DNA of 63,520 bases, the filler included, from Nemertoderma westbladi (Eukaryota; Animalia; Xenacoelomorpha), in the NCBI GenBank assembly GCA_032718475.1. It is 3 parts of 3 records of this genome, joined end to end, with 100 filler letters (N's around TTAATTAATTAA, not from the genome) between each part and the next. Parts side by side here need not be neighbours in the genome. Positions count along the whole stretch, not along the records: positions 26,561 to 48,895 come from JAUCBJ010003392.1; positions 48,996 to 63,520 come from JAUCBJ010000677.1; 1 more part is not named here. One strand, written 5' to 3'. How positions within the stretch are numbered: position 1 is the first letter of the stretch; every line of letters starts with the position of its first letter. The notes below the pieces were generated by a model, which ran no database searches, was not told the DNA's origin, and saw only the letters and a program-made list of their open reading frames with translations. Shown in pieces: positions 48,305-60,684 of this stretch. The position numbers were made by a program, and so were the translations under genes.

Positions 48305-48895
48305 ATATTGATTATATATTTCTCTATATACTCAGCCGGACAGCCGCTTCCATTAATTAGTATATAACGTATTGTAGGATAGGGAAGTAGGATGTAGGGT
48401 AGGATAAGGTAGGTACCCCCCCCCCCCCCCCCCCCCTCCCTATCCACACGCAGGTCCAGTGATTGGACTTGTTTGTAGCAGTTACATTTTGTTTGTTCGA
48501 AAAATAGTCTTTTTTTATGCTTCAAAAATGCTTCTAATAATGTATGAAATTATCTTTCGAAAATGCTTCGTAAACTTCTAATTGAAGGCTTAATAGTCTA
48601 CTAAACGATGGATATTTATCTTCGAAATCCACCCTTCGAAACCTTTAAGAACATTGGAACTAAAAAGCCGGCTTTTATCCGGCGAAATTAGCAAAGTATT
48701 AGCCGGCGAAATTAGTAGCAATTTATCAGCGACTTATCATGCTATGACTTTGCAGGGATGGCACTTCTTCAGAACACCGCATCCTGTTTTCTTGAGTTAA
48801 GGGTACGTGTATAATTATAGAGAAGAATGGGTTTAACCGGATTGATTCGAGTAACGTAAAATATATTTTTTGTTTCTCACATTTAATTGTATTGC

Positions 48896-48995
48896 NNNNN
48901 NNNNNNNNNNNNNNNNNNNNNNNNNNNNNNNNNNNNNNNTTAATTAATTAANNNNNNNNNNNNNNNNNNNNNNNNNNNNNNNNNNNNNNNNNNNN
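48896..48995. other. Assembly gap with TTAATTAATTAA linker
   Basis: 44 N + 12-mer + 44 N. Confidence 0.97.
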
Positions 48996-50242
48996 AGGGC
49001 GGGGTTGAACCCGCAACCTCCGAGATATGTGAATTCAATATAACCACTACACCAAGGTGCGCTCTGAACCAAGGTGGAACAAGTGACAGATACCGTCAGA
49101 TCAGATCAGATAAGGACAGACGTTTTACAGTTTTAGCCATCCTAAAAATTCCGGCTTCATGGTACTGTGGTAACAACCATGGCAGCACGGTGAGTTTTAC
49201 TAGTTGTGTTTCAAATTTCAAGCAATATGATAACGATTTGTAGAAAAATGTTGGGGGGGGGGGGGGGGGGAGTCCGTGTCAATCAGAAAATGACAATATA
49301 TTCTGGGCTGACGGGTCATGGTGTAATACCAGAATACCTGAATACTCTAATATCAATAGGGGCTATCAAATCAAATCTAGTATTCTGTTTTATATAAATA
49401 TAAATATCAAAAACAATATAGGCCTACTGATACGACATTTCAAAATAAACACTGTAATATGCACAGTCAGACAATCTGACAGTGCTCTATAATAATGGAT
49501 AAAACTCCTGAACTAACTATACCGGTAGGCCCTATATACTGATATAGGGTAGTCAGATAGTAGGCCTACAGTTGATGCGAACTACCTATTTAAATGCCCT
49601 ACTGTTGATCTTCTAATTCAAAGAATATCTAAATAAAGGTATAGGGCCTATTACAATTACATATAGGCCTGTTGGTCTGTCTAGTACCTCATACAATAAA
49701 TTACAATTAGCAGATTAGTACCCTATATCTCTGTATCTGTTTATAGCATTTGCATAGGCCCTGCCTATACATACAGTAAAACATGAACCGGCAGCCAGCC
49801 TGCGCAGCCCATCAACACAGTATTGTACCATCAAATCACACAAACACAATTGAATCATTATTACGCCTAAATCCCCTGAATCATCATCCGGATGTTCCGA
49901 GCTCTCTAATAATATCATTTTACAGAATATTAGTCAAAACATTAATAAATTCATATGGCAGTAGGCCTATGGGGCGAAGCCGGCGAATAGACCTGGGAGG
50001 TGGGGCGAATCGGTCATCTGACAATATCGATTCGCACCAAGTCCAGATGTCCCAGAAATCTGGAGCGAAAAGAATTGGGGCGAATGCTGGAATAGCTGAA
50101 TAGGCGAGGGGCGAATGGACTCGCACCCAATATCAGATACCTGATATAGGGGCCTCCATGAAAATCGCTAAGCCTATGCCTGTAATATTACAGTATTGGT
50201 ACCGGTATTACTCTATTAGGCCTATATGTTATCATTTGAGTT

Positions 50243-51997
50243 ATGGAAGCAAGGCCGATTGATTTAGAATTGATGTATTTCTATGTCCATCGGTTGTGGG
50301 TTGATTTTCGCAACTGGCTGCTGGGAGCGGCAGTAACATTACCCGGAGAACTTTCTACAGCAGAAAAACGGATTCAAACCTTGCTCGAAGATTCAGCCAT
50401 TTGTTCGACATTACAGGAGACAAATGAAGGACGCACGATATCCTCGTTCGCCTATCTCATCATTATGTATAAGTACCTTTGGACATCTGTTATTAGCAAT
50501 ATTTCGATGTCAAAGGAAGACTTTGAGAAAGTTATTATTGGTTTTGGTAACGCAGTTACGGACCTAATCGAACCACTTCGTTCGTCCGAACAGTACGGCT
50601 GCGTCCTTAGCAACTGCACCAACGAACTCAACGATTTAGTTCTACTCCACAGCGCTCTATTGCACAAACTCACCGGTACCAGCTCCCAAACCTGCAAGGA
50701 TTATATGAACAACATCCGATTGGAACACGACAACCAGTATCTCTTCGCCCCGGTAATGGCAGACGTTTCTAACTATATCGACGCCAACGACTCCCTTACT
50801 GACGATATCGAACGGACTTATTTACCCATCGTAGGAAAATTATTCGGTCTAATGAACTCTATAATGACTTCTATTTACGGGACTTTTCGAACCCCATTAC
50901 TGGTCGGTATAGACGAACTATTAGAGGACCCTGAAACAAGTAAGAAACTCCATCGTGTTATTGCAGCGCTTTGTAAAGGTCGGATAACAATAATTAACGC
51001 TTCTCAAGCCGCCTCAACGGGACTCATAGGCGACACAATTAATATTCCTTCTCTGAGCCAATCAGAATCCAATCGTGGTATCGTATCAACTGACGTTGAT
51101 GAACTTAACTGGATCGATGAGGTTATTAGAGATGCCGGTGATCTATGTTCCCTTCTAATCGGAGGTTCGGTTGAGTCTGTGCATGTCGATGTGAATGATA
51201 ATGAGGCTATTTGTGTTTCAGATGTCCGGGAAAACATATCAGTTAGAGTGCAATCGAACTTATCAGGGATAGGCAATGAGGATCTGGCCGTGGATGAAAT
51301 TGATAACGTACCGGATTGCCGCGAGAATAATGTGAATGCTGAAAGCGACGCAATTAACAACGAAGGAGGAGATACTGCTACCAATCGAGTCGTATTTAAC
51401 AGTGACGAAATCTTCCCGTCTAGCCAGTTAGGGGATGTGCAATTCTCTGGGGAGCCGTTGTGGGGAGGCTATAGCGACACGGAATTAGTTGCGACTGGCG
51501 GCATTAACACAGAAATATCTGTTGGTGAAGATGTAACGAGATCTTTAAATCGAGAAATTATTGGTCGTAACGAAACTGTTAGCAATCGTTTACCCGATAT
51601 CGTAAAGGAGCCGCAGGAGTACCATAGGGAGAATCAAACAGCTGCTGTGGAGAACCGCGACGGGGACTGTGGTGACGTCAGTTCTTCGAGTGACGTCACT
51701 AATGTCGATGCGGATTTCGATAATACGTTCGATATGATTCCATCGCCAATCCGTCCGGTTGTCCGACGGACTGTGAGTCCCTCACGCTCGCGGGGTAAAA
51801 CCCCCTTTACTTACAACGAATCGGTCCATCTCGCCAAAGGTGTCCGTCTCTTCGGGGTGGGGAATTGGGCCGAGATACTGATTAGATTCCCCAGGGTTTT
51901 CAACAAATGCCGAACCGGCGTGTCTCTGAAGGACCGCTGGCGGAACATTGTTAAAAATAAACAACAGGATTATTTCATGAATCAAATCGTAGAATAA
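50243..51997 (+). CDS. TRF-like telomere repeat-binding factor (C-terminal telobox Myb), single exon
   Basis: FTYNESVHLAKGVRLFGVGNWAEIL...RTGVSLKDRWRNI (LKDRWR telobox signature). Helical N-terminal ~260 aa and acidic linker. Confidence 0.8.
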   Translation: MEARPIDLELMYFYVHRLWVDFRNWLLGAAVTLPGELSTAEKRIQTLLEDSAICSTLQETNEGRTISSFAYLIIMYKYLWTSVISNISMSKEDFEKVIIGFGNAVTDLIEPLRSSEQYGCVLSNCTNELNDLVLLHSALLHKLTGTSSQTCKDYMNNIRLEHDNQYLFAPVMADVSNYIDANDSLTDDIERTYLPIVGKLFGLMNSIMTSIYGTFRTPLLVGIDELLEDPETSKKLHRVIAALCKGRITIINASQAASTGLIGDTINIPSLSQSESNRGIVSTDVDELNWIDEVIRDAGDLCSLLIGGSVESVHVDVNDNEAICVSDVRENISVRVQSNLSGIGNEDLAVDEIDNVPDCRENNVNAESDAINNEGGDTATNRVVFNSDEIFPSSQLGDVQFSGEPLWGGYSDTELVATGGINTEISVGEDVTRSLNREIIGRNETVSNRLPDIVKEPQEYHRENQTAAVENRDGDCGDVSSSSDVTNVDADFDNTFDMIPSPIRPVVRRTVSPSRSRGKTPFTYNESVHLAKGVRLFGVGNWAEILIRFPRVFNKCRTGVSLKDRWRNIVKNKQQDYFMNQIVE

Positions 51998-52667
51998 TAC
52001 TTTTTAGTTTGTAATAAGTTTTGACTATTAAGTTGTAAGTACATGATTCTTATTTTATAATTGTTTATATATACCTATACGCACATTATATGTCATGTAT
52101 AAATATACTCATTGTTTAAATGCATGTAATTATTATCTAATACAGCCATTATAACTTTTATACTTGAATATTATGAGTTTTGTAATCGATTACACTCATA
52201 CTAAGTCATCATTATTTCACTTACAAACTAGATGGTATTTATTATTTATGTTATGAAAAAGTAGCATTTTTTACTTAGCAATGAAACAATATGGCGTTAT
52301 CCAAATTTATTATTTGATTTCTAGGGTAAAAATGGGATATCCTGTAATAGTAAAATGCTTCATGATAACATAATATTATCCGGGGGGGTTGTGGTGAGTG
52401 GGGAGAGTAGCCGTGAGGTGAGGGAGGGGCGGCATTTGCAATGATTTTTAAGCATCCATGATTTATCCGATGATTTAATGTATCTGGTATCACCCAAGGT
52501 AATATTCAAGAAGAAATATTATGGTTAATAAAACTAAATATTCGATAATGAATTCAAATAATTAGCCAATATGAATATTATTGCATGGATCACAGAGTTG
52601 CTTCAATCGATATAAACAAATGTTATAATTATCAATATTGTCCCAATAGTTAGTTTAATAGTTTATA

Positions 52668-55558
52668 TCAGTCACATTCGGAAACTGAACCATGCGGTAT
52701 TTCATCGTAGAATTTGCGATAATCTTTGGGTATCACCATCTTCAAAGCCTGGAGATCATTATATTTTGTCTCGGATATTGAAAGTCTTGAATTATATGTT
52801 GCAAGTATTTTCTTTTCCAGATCTGGAATTGATTCCTTATGTAATGTCACTTCCATCGGATTTCGAACTGGTGGCACTTGCCATTGGTCTCCTATGTTTA
52901 ACTTATATAAGGGCGTGTCTCCACTTTTAGAGTATTTCAGGGATCGAAGGTTAACTACCATTGGATCGCCTTTTTTCTTTTCCGGCCGAATGTCAGAAAT
53001 TAGAGCAATGGCTTTAAAAGTCTTGAAGAAAGTGTGGTCAACATAGTTAATGACCAAAGGTTATTTAGATCTTCAACCACGTACAAACTCAACAAATGGT
53101 TGAGACAAGGGTTGATAAAAATCATGATTATAAAAAAAAAATCAAAAAAATCCGATTTTTTTTTATTTAAATCAGATTTTTTTATTTAAATCAGATTTTT
53201 ATGATTTAAATCGGGTGTTTAAATTGGGACCTAACGCCCTTTGGGGCGTGACGCATCTTTACCTCTTGGTTTTGTAGAGTTCCCAAAGATCGTTAGGTTA
53301 CATTGCCATTTAAAGGAACAGCTTAGTAAAGGAGCATGTTATAGAGGCTTGTTGACCAAAACAATAAACGAAACACATGTTACAAGATTATGCAGGTCTT
53401 TATTATTTGGGTCTTTGTTTTCTAGTCACCCATTTAAATCACATTTTTTTTATTTAAATCAGATTTTTTATTTAAATCAGTATTTATATGAAAACATTGT
53501 GAAGACTTCTGGCAGTCTGGCTTCATCAATGCACTAATGTTTAAACGGGATCCCGATCCTTTGCCGAAAAACCGGGATCCCAGCTAAATATCCAATTCCG
53601 ATTCCGACTTTTTTAGAACGGGATCCCGAAGTTTAAAGTGTTAAATAAATTTGTTGAACATCTAAATAAAAGTTACAGCAGAACAGAAATGTTTTGATTA
53701 TATCTAATTTTTATTTCAGTAAACTATCCAGTAATCAATTATAAGATATTTTAATATACCTTTATCTTACTAATATTTCAGAAGTGTAAAATAAAGTGAG
53801 TGTTACCGTAAACCCGCCACATATACTATGATCTTTAATGAATTTAATCCAAAATTACACGGGATCTCGAGAGTGATAATCCCGGTCCCGATCCCGGAAA
53901 TCCCGAAAAGTCTGAATTCGAATATATACCAAATAAACAAAATACTGAATAGGACTCTAAACTACAACTTAATTAATGGGCCTGTGTATACTGTATGGCA
54001 TTGAAAATGCGACATGATACTGTATTTTCATGTAAATATTAAATATAGATTAAAAAAATCAAAAAAAATTGATTTTTTGATTTTTATGTGATTTAAATCA
54101 TGATTTAAATCAATGATTTAAATCAAACAACCCTGGCGTATATATCCCTATGCTTTTTCGATCTTTCTATTACTGATTGAATTGTATCCACCTCCATTTG
54201 CGTATGTCCCTTTTCTAGGTATTTTTGAATTATTGTTACATCCAGTTTCAATGCAAGATATTGTAAGATATTCGCAAGAGGTGCACATTGATTTTGTGTT
54301 GCACAACCATCACTCCAGATAATTAGCGTTGATTTCGGTTTCAAATTTAATTGGACTATGCAATCATACAGACAGGATCCGTAATCTTCTCCATCCACAT
54401 TGCCCTCTGTCTCATTCCAAATATAACAGGTTGCACTTTTACTTGCACAATTATAAACAGTGTAGTTGTGCGTCGAGGACTTTGAATGGTAGTAGGCATC
54501 ACTTGCTTGAACATACGGGGTCAATACAACTGCTTCCACATCAACCATTATGACAATAAGTCCATCGCCATTTGCTTCTATACCTCTCTCTTTGCCTGCC
54601 TCATTCTCAACCCTCAAACTACTCCGGCGATTCATGTGTTCTTCATATTCGCCTTTACTAATATTTTGATGTTCGAATGCCACACACGTATCGTATTGGT
54701 CTTTTTTAGGAGCAAAAAGGGAAATTTTCACTTTCATTGAAAAACGAAGTCGAGCTCATACTATTACCATCGTTATATTTTTCTGTGACATTTTGACAAA
54801 TCATACAAAGCTTTTAAACTGAGGTTCTACATACAATCGAGTGGTATGTGCCCTAAAGAAATGCGATGGCATCTTGGGAAGATTGTCTAAGAATTCCACA
54901 ACATGCTGCCTTGCTATCACATTATAATGAGATTTTGTTGGGAACTTTCCAGGAGCTGGAACTGTGCCAGTATTCTCAAATGAGTTCAGCCAATTGTGTA
55001 TTGTTGTACCTGACATTGCTATAGTATCAATGAACATTTTTTTACAAACTGAAAATCGTTTATCATCTACCTTTAAATTGCATTTAAATGTATGGGATTT
55101 TCCTTTGACTCGTTGTTTGTTTGGTATCTTTTTATCTACCATTGTGGCCACACACACTTTTCGTTGTTCCCAATTCATACTGTAGATAGAAAATTTTTAT
55201 GAATTGCCGTACGCTGATCTTGTGATATATCTCTACAATAATACCCATATTGTTTTTCACATGCTTGTGAGTTACACCCTGTACCCATAGATCTTAAAAC
55301 CTTTGTGGCCTTTTCCCCCTTTACAACCCCTTCATATTCCAAACCCTGCATCCGTGCTTTTTTATTTTTCTCTCTGACCCACTCCTCAGGATTGGCAAAT
55401 CGTCTTCGTTTCCGAGGTCCGGAATTCGCATCAGGTGCTTGGTCTACATTTGGACCTGGTAAAGTTTCTGAATGAAGAAAAAGGTTGGGGTTGGGGGATG
55501 TCATTATATATTTGTGTATCGCCAAGACTAACATCTCCATTAAATAATTCCAGCTCAT
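52668..55558 (-). pseudogene. Fragmented DNA-transposon transposase, Sola-like (DD-D type)
   Basis: Consecutive frames: NPEEW..K..R..G.EY, VCKKMFIDT, PKMPSH, PKKD..DTC, VDVEAV..TP, WNETEG, WSDGCATQN, GHTQMEVD..SVIE. Split by a hAT-like insert. Superfamily assigned from memory of motifs. Confidence 0.7.
53106..54135. mobile_element. hAT-like non-autonomous insert in the transposase
   Basis: Termini ca(a)gggttg / caaccctg with gatttaaatc subterminal repeats; no TSD recognised. Confidence 0.6.
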
Positions 55559-55907
55559 TTAAATCGTACGTACCTAAAGTAGAGAAGAAAAATGGTGAAA
55601 AATTTGAAATTTTGAGGCAGTTGTTGGTAGTCTTGTTGTTGAGTAGGAGTTTCCATTGTAACAGGTGGTCGGTTTTCTTTCGTAGTCTCATTAGCACAAC
55701 TTACCCTAATCTCCAATGTTGTCCTAAACGTGACTCTTCTGTAATTATAGTTTGGTCTAACACTGTCGCTGAGGTTAAAGAAGTTGCAATATGAGGAAGT
55801 AAGACTCCATTGCAAATCCGTTGAATGAATTTTGTTAGCGGATCCAATTCGCTGCACCACCCAGTGGAAAATGGGGAAAGTGGCGCTTTACCAATTATGT
55901 TCGGCTA

Positions 55908-56185
55908 TGTGATATTAGCAATATATTATCACATAGGGTTACACCTGGCAGTACACATTGCCAGCCCGAGGGAGAGATGCCAGCTCATCTCAGGGCAGAA
56001 GCTAGCATATTGGCTCAGGAAAGATAGTTCAGCCAATAGTGGGGCGAATTACCATCAATTAAGCGCGCATTCATTGGCTAGGCCAAAGTACCTAGGAGTT
56101 TACTGTGTGTAATTGTAATAAAGCCGTTACTCATATTAATTGTGCCTTTAGTTGGCTATGTAGATGTAGAAGTGTAGAAGTCACA
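55908..56185 (+). mobile_element. Possible solo LTR
   Basis: TGTGA...TCACA ends and internal AATAAA (gtaataaagc); no clean TSD. Confidence 0.3.
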
Positions 56186-57671
56186 CTGTTTTTAACCGTC
56201 GTCGTCGTTGACCGTGCTACTGTATTATTGTAATCTGATTGTGCTATATTAATAATCTGACATTACGAACAACTGCAATTATTATAAAACTCAGTTATTC
56301 AATCGGCCTCCGGCCTTATCAGAACTGTCACAGCCTTTCAGTAGCCAAGCGGACGCGGCGACGCGATTTCCCAAGACTTAAACACACACAACGGTCGGGA
56401 TCTTCGCCAACTCAGATCCCGTCACAAATTTTCTCGTGAATGTAACGTTGTGGGTGACTCCAATGGGTTCCATAGACTGACTTATCAAACACCACTGAGC
56501 ATGACTTTTCATGAACAGCCCGTATTTCGCCTCCTGTCCACCATTGCTTCCTCTACAAAACATCCACTTTATCTCCCTGCCTGAACATTATTTTACAAAA
56601 TAATATATAATATGATAATATACTGACTGATTTATAGTTCTACAATATTAATAATAACATTTTGGTTTCTAGTAAATATTTGATCAGCTTATTAAAAAGC
56701 ATGTTTATGTTCCAAATTTTTTTAACTAATTTGCATAACATACCACGTTAAAATACTCCAATATGTCAGACAGGCGCTACTCTGTCTGTACCTACATTCA
56801 CAGGCGATCAACCTGCTGTAGTACGGCAAAATAACCATACCACATTATATTTCTGATATTATTTAGTTAGTGTGTTCAAATATGTTGTATTCAAATAATG
56901 CAAATCACAGACTGCTTTGAATTTGCCCCGTCTTTCTCCTTAATAGTATTCTATGGGATCACTGAATTGCAAAATGGGATATGTGGAAGTATTAAATACA
57001 AATATTGGATATCCCAGTTAGAAACATCTTCTAAGTCGGGATATCCTGTTTTGCAACTGTAATTTAAATTGTCTTCGCATATCCCATTATTTCATTACTC
57101 TGTTATTTTATTGGTTTGCCGCTTAGCCAATCACAGGAGCGTGGAGAGCGCCCTGGAAAACCCTTTGGTGGATAAAACTGAAATTTGAATATTTTCGGAT
57201 ATACTATTTTGTTTTTAGGCCATCGATATGAGAAAGTGGTAGGTAACAGGTCCGGATGCTGCAAAGTAATCAATCACTTAGAAACAATAGACTTCTAGAA
57301 CACGTATTCTACATAGCTCTAGCGTGGATGATAGCCACTGTTTGCTACATTTTACGTTTTTACATTATAGTTGTGGATCTGCAATGCAATTCGTTGCATA
57401 AATGGATATCGGGATCGGCGTTATGAATTTCATCAATATTCGAAAACATTAGATTAAGAGAGTTTATACATATTTCATCATCAGTATTTATTCACATTAT
57501 ACGAGATAACCGGTTAGTGTCATTGCCACACACTTTTCATTAATTTATTATAATAAATCCGGTACAACCAAAACTTTATACTAATAATCCTAATCCTATA
57601 TATATCTTATCCTAATCTATTTCACAGCCAAAAATTATTTGACAAAGACATCCTAATGGTATGAAGACGAC

Positions 57672-58622
57672 CTATTTCTTTGTTCGAGTTGTTTTCTTGA
57701 ATCCGCTTGTTTTATCGGCACCGGGAATCGATTTCTTTCGATCTTCTCGAACAGTCGTATCAATCCCTTTACGGTTCAGAGTTTCTGTCCGAGACGTTCT
57801 GGGCGGTGGTACTCTCTTTGATCTTCTCCTAAGCGGCGCCTCAACCGTAATAGGGGAGACTTTATTCAGTTCCACAACCGGTTCATCCGTCACAACCTCT
57901 TCCACAGGCGTTCCCATAGCAACGTGTTTGGGTTTAGGACTGCCGAGTTTTCTATGCTTGGTTAGAGTCCCCGCACTGCCCAGGGACCCCAGACTGGCAG
58001 CGTCACTCAACTCGGAGTCTTTACGACCCCGGATCGGGGTTATCATCTTAAAATCGATTTCTGAATCTGTAGAGATATTCCCGGGGTGCTGCAGGAAATC
58101 TTCTACTTTGGCTTTAAGTTCTCTGGAATAAACTTTAGCTGATTGAACTTGTTCCGCATAGCCACTGTAAGTATAATCTATCCCCATACTCTCCAGTTGT
58201 TTTCGCCGCTTTGTTTCCCTGGCCAGCAGTTTTTTAAGGCGTTTACCGGTCACCAGTGCCTCAGCAGTATTATTGTGGACTTCCTTTGATTTCCGCCATC
58301 TAATCGGACCATACGGTTTAAATTTCCCTTTGCCTTTAAACAGATTGGAGTGGATTTTATCAGAAGAAACAAATTGACATTTAAGCAGCTTTTCAAACAT
58401 AAGATAGTTATTCATGGTTTCCGCGACTATCTTCGCAACATCGGCATATTCGAATTCAACAAACGCGTAACCTTTTGAATTACCGGTCTTTTTGCTTCGA
58501 GCGAGCCTAATGTTGGTTACTTTTCCAAACTGCTTAAAGAATGCCTTCATTTGTATTTCATAGAAACCCTTTGGTATATGTCCAATATAAACCACGCCTC
58601 GCTGACATTTTGTTTCAGCCAT
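57672..58622 (-). CDS. NIFK: NIFK/Nop15 nucleolar RRM protein, single exon
   Basis: [42 protein letters not shown]...[21 protein letters not shown]; ATG 58622. Confidence 0.94.
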   Translation of the reverse strand: MAETKCQRGVVYIGHIPKGFYEIQMKAFFKQFGKVTNIRLARSKKTGNSKGYAFVEFEYADVAKIVAETMNNYLMFEKLLKCQFVSSDKIHSNLFKGKGKFKPYGPIRWRKSKEVHNNTAEALVTGKRLKKLLARETKRRKQLESMGIDYTYSGYAEQVQSAKVYSRELKAKVEDFLQHPGNISTDSEIDFKMITPIRGRKDSELSDAASLGSLGSAGTLTKHRKLGSPKPKHVAMGTPVEEVVTDEPVVELNKVSPITVEAPLRRRSKRVPPPRTSRTETLNRKGIDTTVREDRKKSIPGADKTSGFKKTTRTKK

Positions 58623-58857
58623 TGCAAGCGACGAACTGGTACCGTAAACGCGTAAAGTTGAAAGCAAAGACTCCTGGACTCAATAAAATAAACTTACAGC
58701 CGTTACCGTACAGCCGTACCGGTACCTACCTATCTAAACCAGCACCGGTATTTTGAAGTTTGAAGTTTTTTATTACACCAAAACACTATAGAAACAATAA
58801 TAGAGACGCAAATGGAAACAAATTATATCTTCTTAAACTAAACAGACATGACTCGAC

Positions 58858-59453
58858 TATGTAGGATGTCACAACTATATTATATTCACTAAGTATACAA
58901 TTATTACAATTCACAGTAATATAATGGAATAATGAATGGGAGGATATGATGCTTACTAATACGAGACAACACAACGTACAATACGAACACAAATGCATTA
59001 AAAGCAAAGGTAAAACATACTGTATAAGATTACATTCTAATAAAAACTTTGATATGTTCAATAAAACATGGCAGTGGTTGATTACATTAAGTGCTGGATC
59101 AACTAATAATAATGATAATTAACTAAAATTGAAATTAAAATTCGCCTCCCGCATGTATGTAGGATGTCACAACTATATTATATTCACTAAGTATACAATT
59201 ATTACAATTCACAGTAATATAATGGAATAATGAATGGGAGGATATGATGCTTACTAATACGAGACAACACAACGTACAATACGAACACAAATGCATTAAA
59301 AGCAAAGGTAAAACATACTGTATAAGATTACATTCTAATAAAAACTTTGATATGTTCAATAAAACATGGCAGTGGTTGATTACATTAAGTGCTGGATCAA
59401 GTAATAATAATGATAATTAACTAAAATTGAAATTAAAATTCGCCTCCCGCATG
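58858..59453. repeat. 298-bp near-perfect tandem duplication
   Basis: 58858-59155 repeated at 59156-59453; explains the twin ORFs. Confidence 0.93.
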
Positions 59454-59666
59454 CTTTAAAATAAAATTGTTATTATTTTAAAAAGTGGTAGCAGTTACAC
59501 ATAAACACGGTCAAACGAACTTAGATCTACAAGGCCTTACTTCGATCGTTTTTATTTTGACCATTTTTAATTAAGCGATCGGAGCCCCATAAGATGACGT
59601 AATGTAACAATAACTACTTACCTCATTGTGTGACAAATAGCACTTTTGACTTTTAAGAGTTATGGC

Positions 59667-59898
59667 CCCAGTGTATTTAATACTATGTTTCGTGGCGCAG
59701 TTTCGAATCCGACTAAAGGCTGTAGAAATTTCGCACTGTTGTGTCCCTAGGCAAGACACTTTAGACATTAGTGCCTACGTCAACCCAGCGGTATAATGGG
59801 AACCTGGCTTTGCTGGGTAATGATAATAAAAGCGCTTTGAGTATGCTGAGCGTAGAAAAGCGCTATATAAATAACCAATATTATTATTATTATTATTA
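59667..59898 (+). mobile_element. tRNA-derived SINE with L2-like tail
   Basis: B-box-like gtttcgaatcc, gtgtccctaggcaagacactt core, aaagcgctttgag..aaaagcgctatataaata tail, (TAT)n end. Confidence 0.78.
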
Positions 59899-60684
59899 AT
59901 ACCAAACGAGCGCAGTGAGAAAAGTTTCCATATAGATATACATATAGTTATTTAAACCTGAATAGCGCCTTTTTCTTATCTGGAAAACTGTAAATGAGAT
60001 TGTTGGTATCTGGACAGAAAACGTGTGCCAAGGGACGCCTAAAAGCTATGCTTATGAACGTGTTGGGAAATTGAAATTGGGATATTTAAAACTATTATTT
60101 GATATAATCAAAAATTGTAGAAATATAAATATTTATCTGAGTTTCAAAACATTACTTTGTAAAACAAATGCAGAAATGGTCCAACGGTTAACACTGCACC
60201 AGTACTGCAGTAGGTCTACTGCAGGTGGAGGCGCTGAAACACGTTAGTCCTTGGGAAAGATCACATGGGAGTATTTTGGTATTCACGTACTGCGTGAAGT
60301 CCTTTATTTTTTGAGGGGGAATGGTCTGTTGATCAGTCGGTCGGACCGTGAGCTGAGAAGGTGGGTGGTGGAAGGTGGGTAAGAATGTGGGAAAATGGAT
60401 GGCGATGTGGGAAGGTGGGTGGATGGGAATGTGGGAAGGTGACCAGCTGGTTGTTTATTGTTTTGGTGAGAAAAGACAGCCTACTGTAACCTGCTTGTTT
60501 CCCTCAATTGCTAGGTAACAACAACGTTTATTGTTTTGATTAGAAAAGCCCGCCTCTGTATCCTGCTACTTTCCCTAAATTAGTTTAGCGTTTATTGATT
60601 CCCACATTCCCATTGTCCTACCGATCTACCCATCCACCGACCGACCGATCTACCGACCAACCACCCCAGCACCCACCCCTTTAA

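Larger units (their letters stand above)
46251..48757. mobile_element. Non-autonomous CMC/EnSpm-like element
   Basis: CCC..GGG termini (cccagcaaagtca / tgactttgcaggg), 2-bp TSD AT, subterminal aattgctactaat and ggataaa/ccggc repeats at both ends. Confidence 0.72.

Noticed and set aside
48996-49035. tRNA gene (B-box-like sequence; also 12178, 45690, 59700)
   Set aside because: No complete cloverleaf; these read as SINE heads.
58786-59359. Twin ORFs MNISKFLLEC
   Set aside because: By-product of the 298-bp tandem duplication, with non-ATG starts and no recognisable domain.
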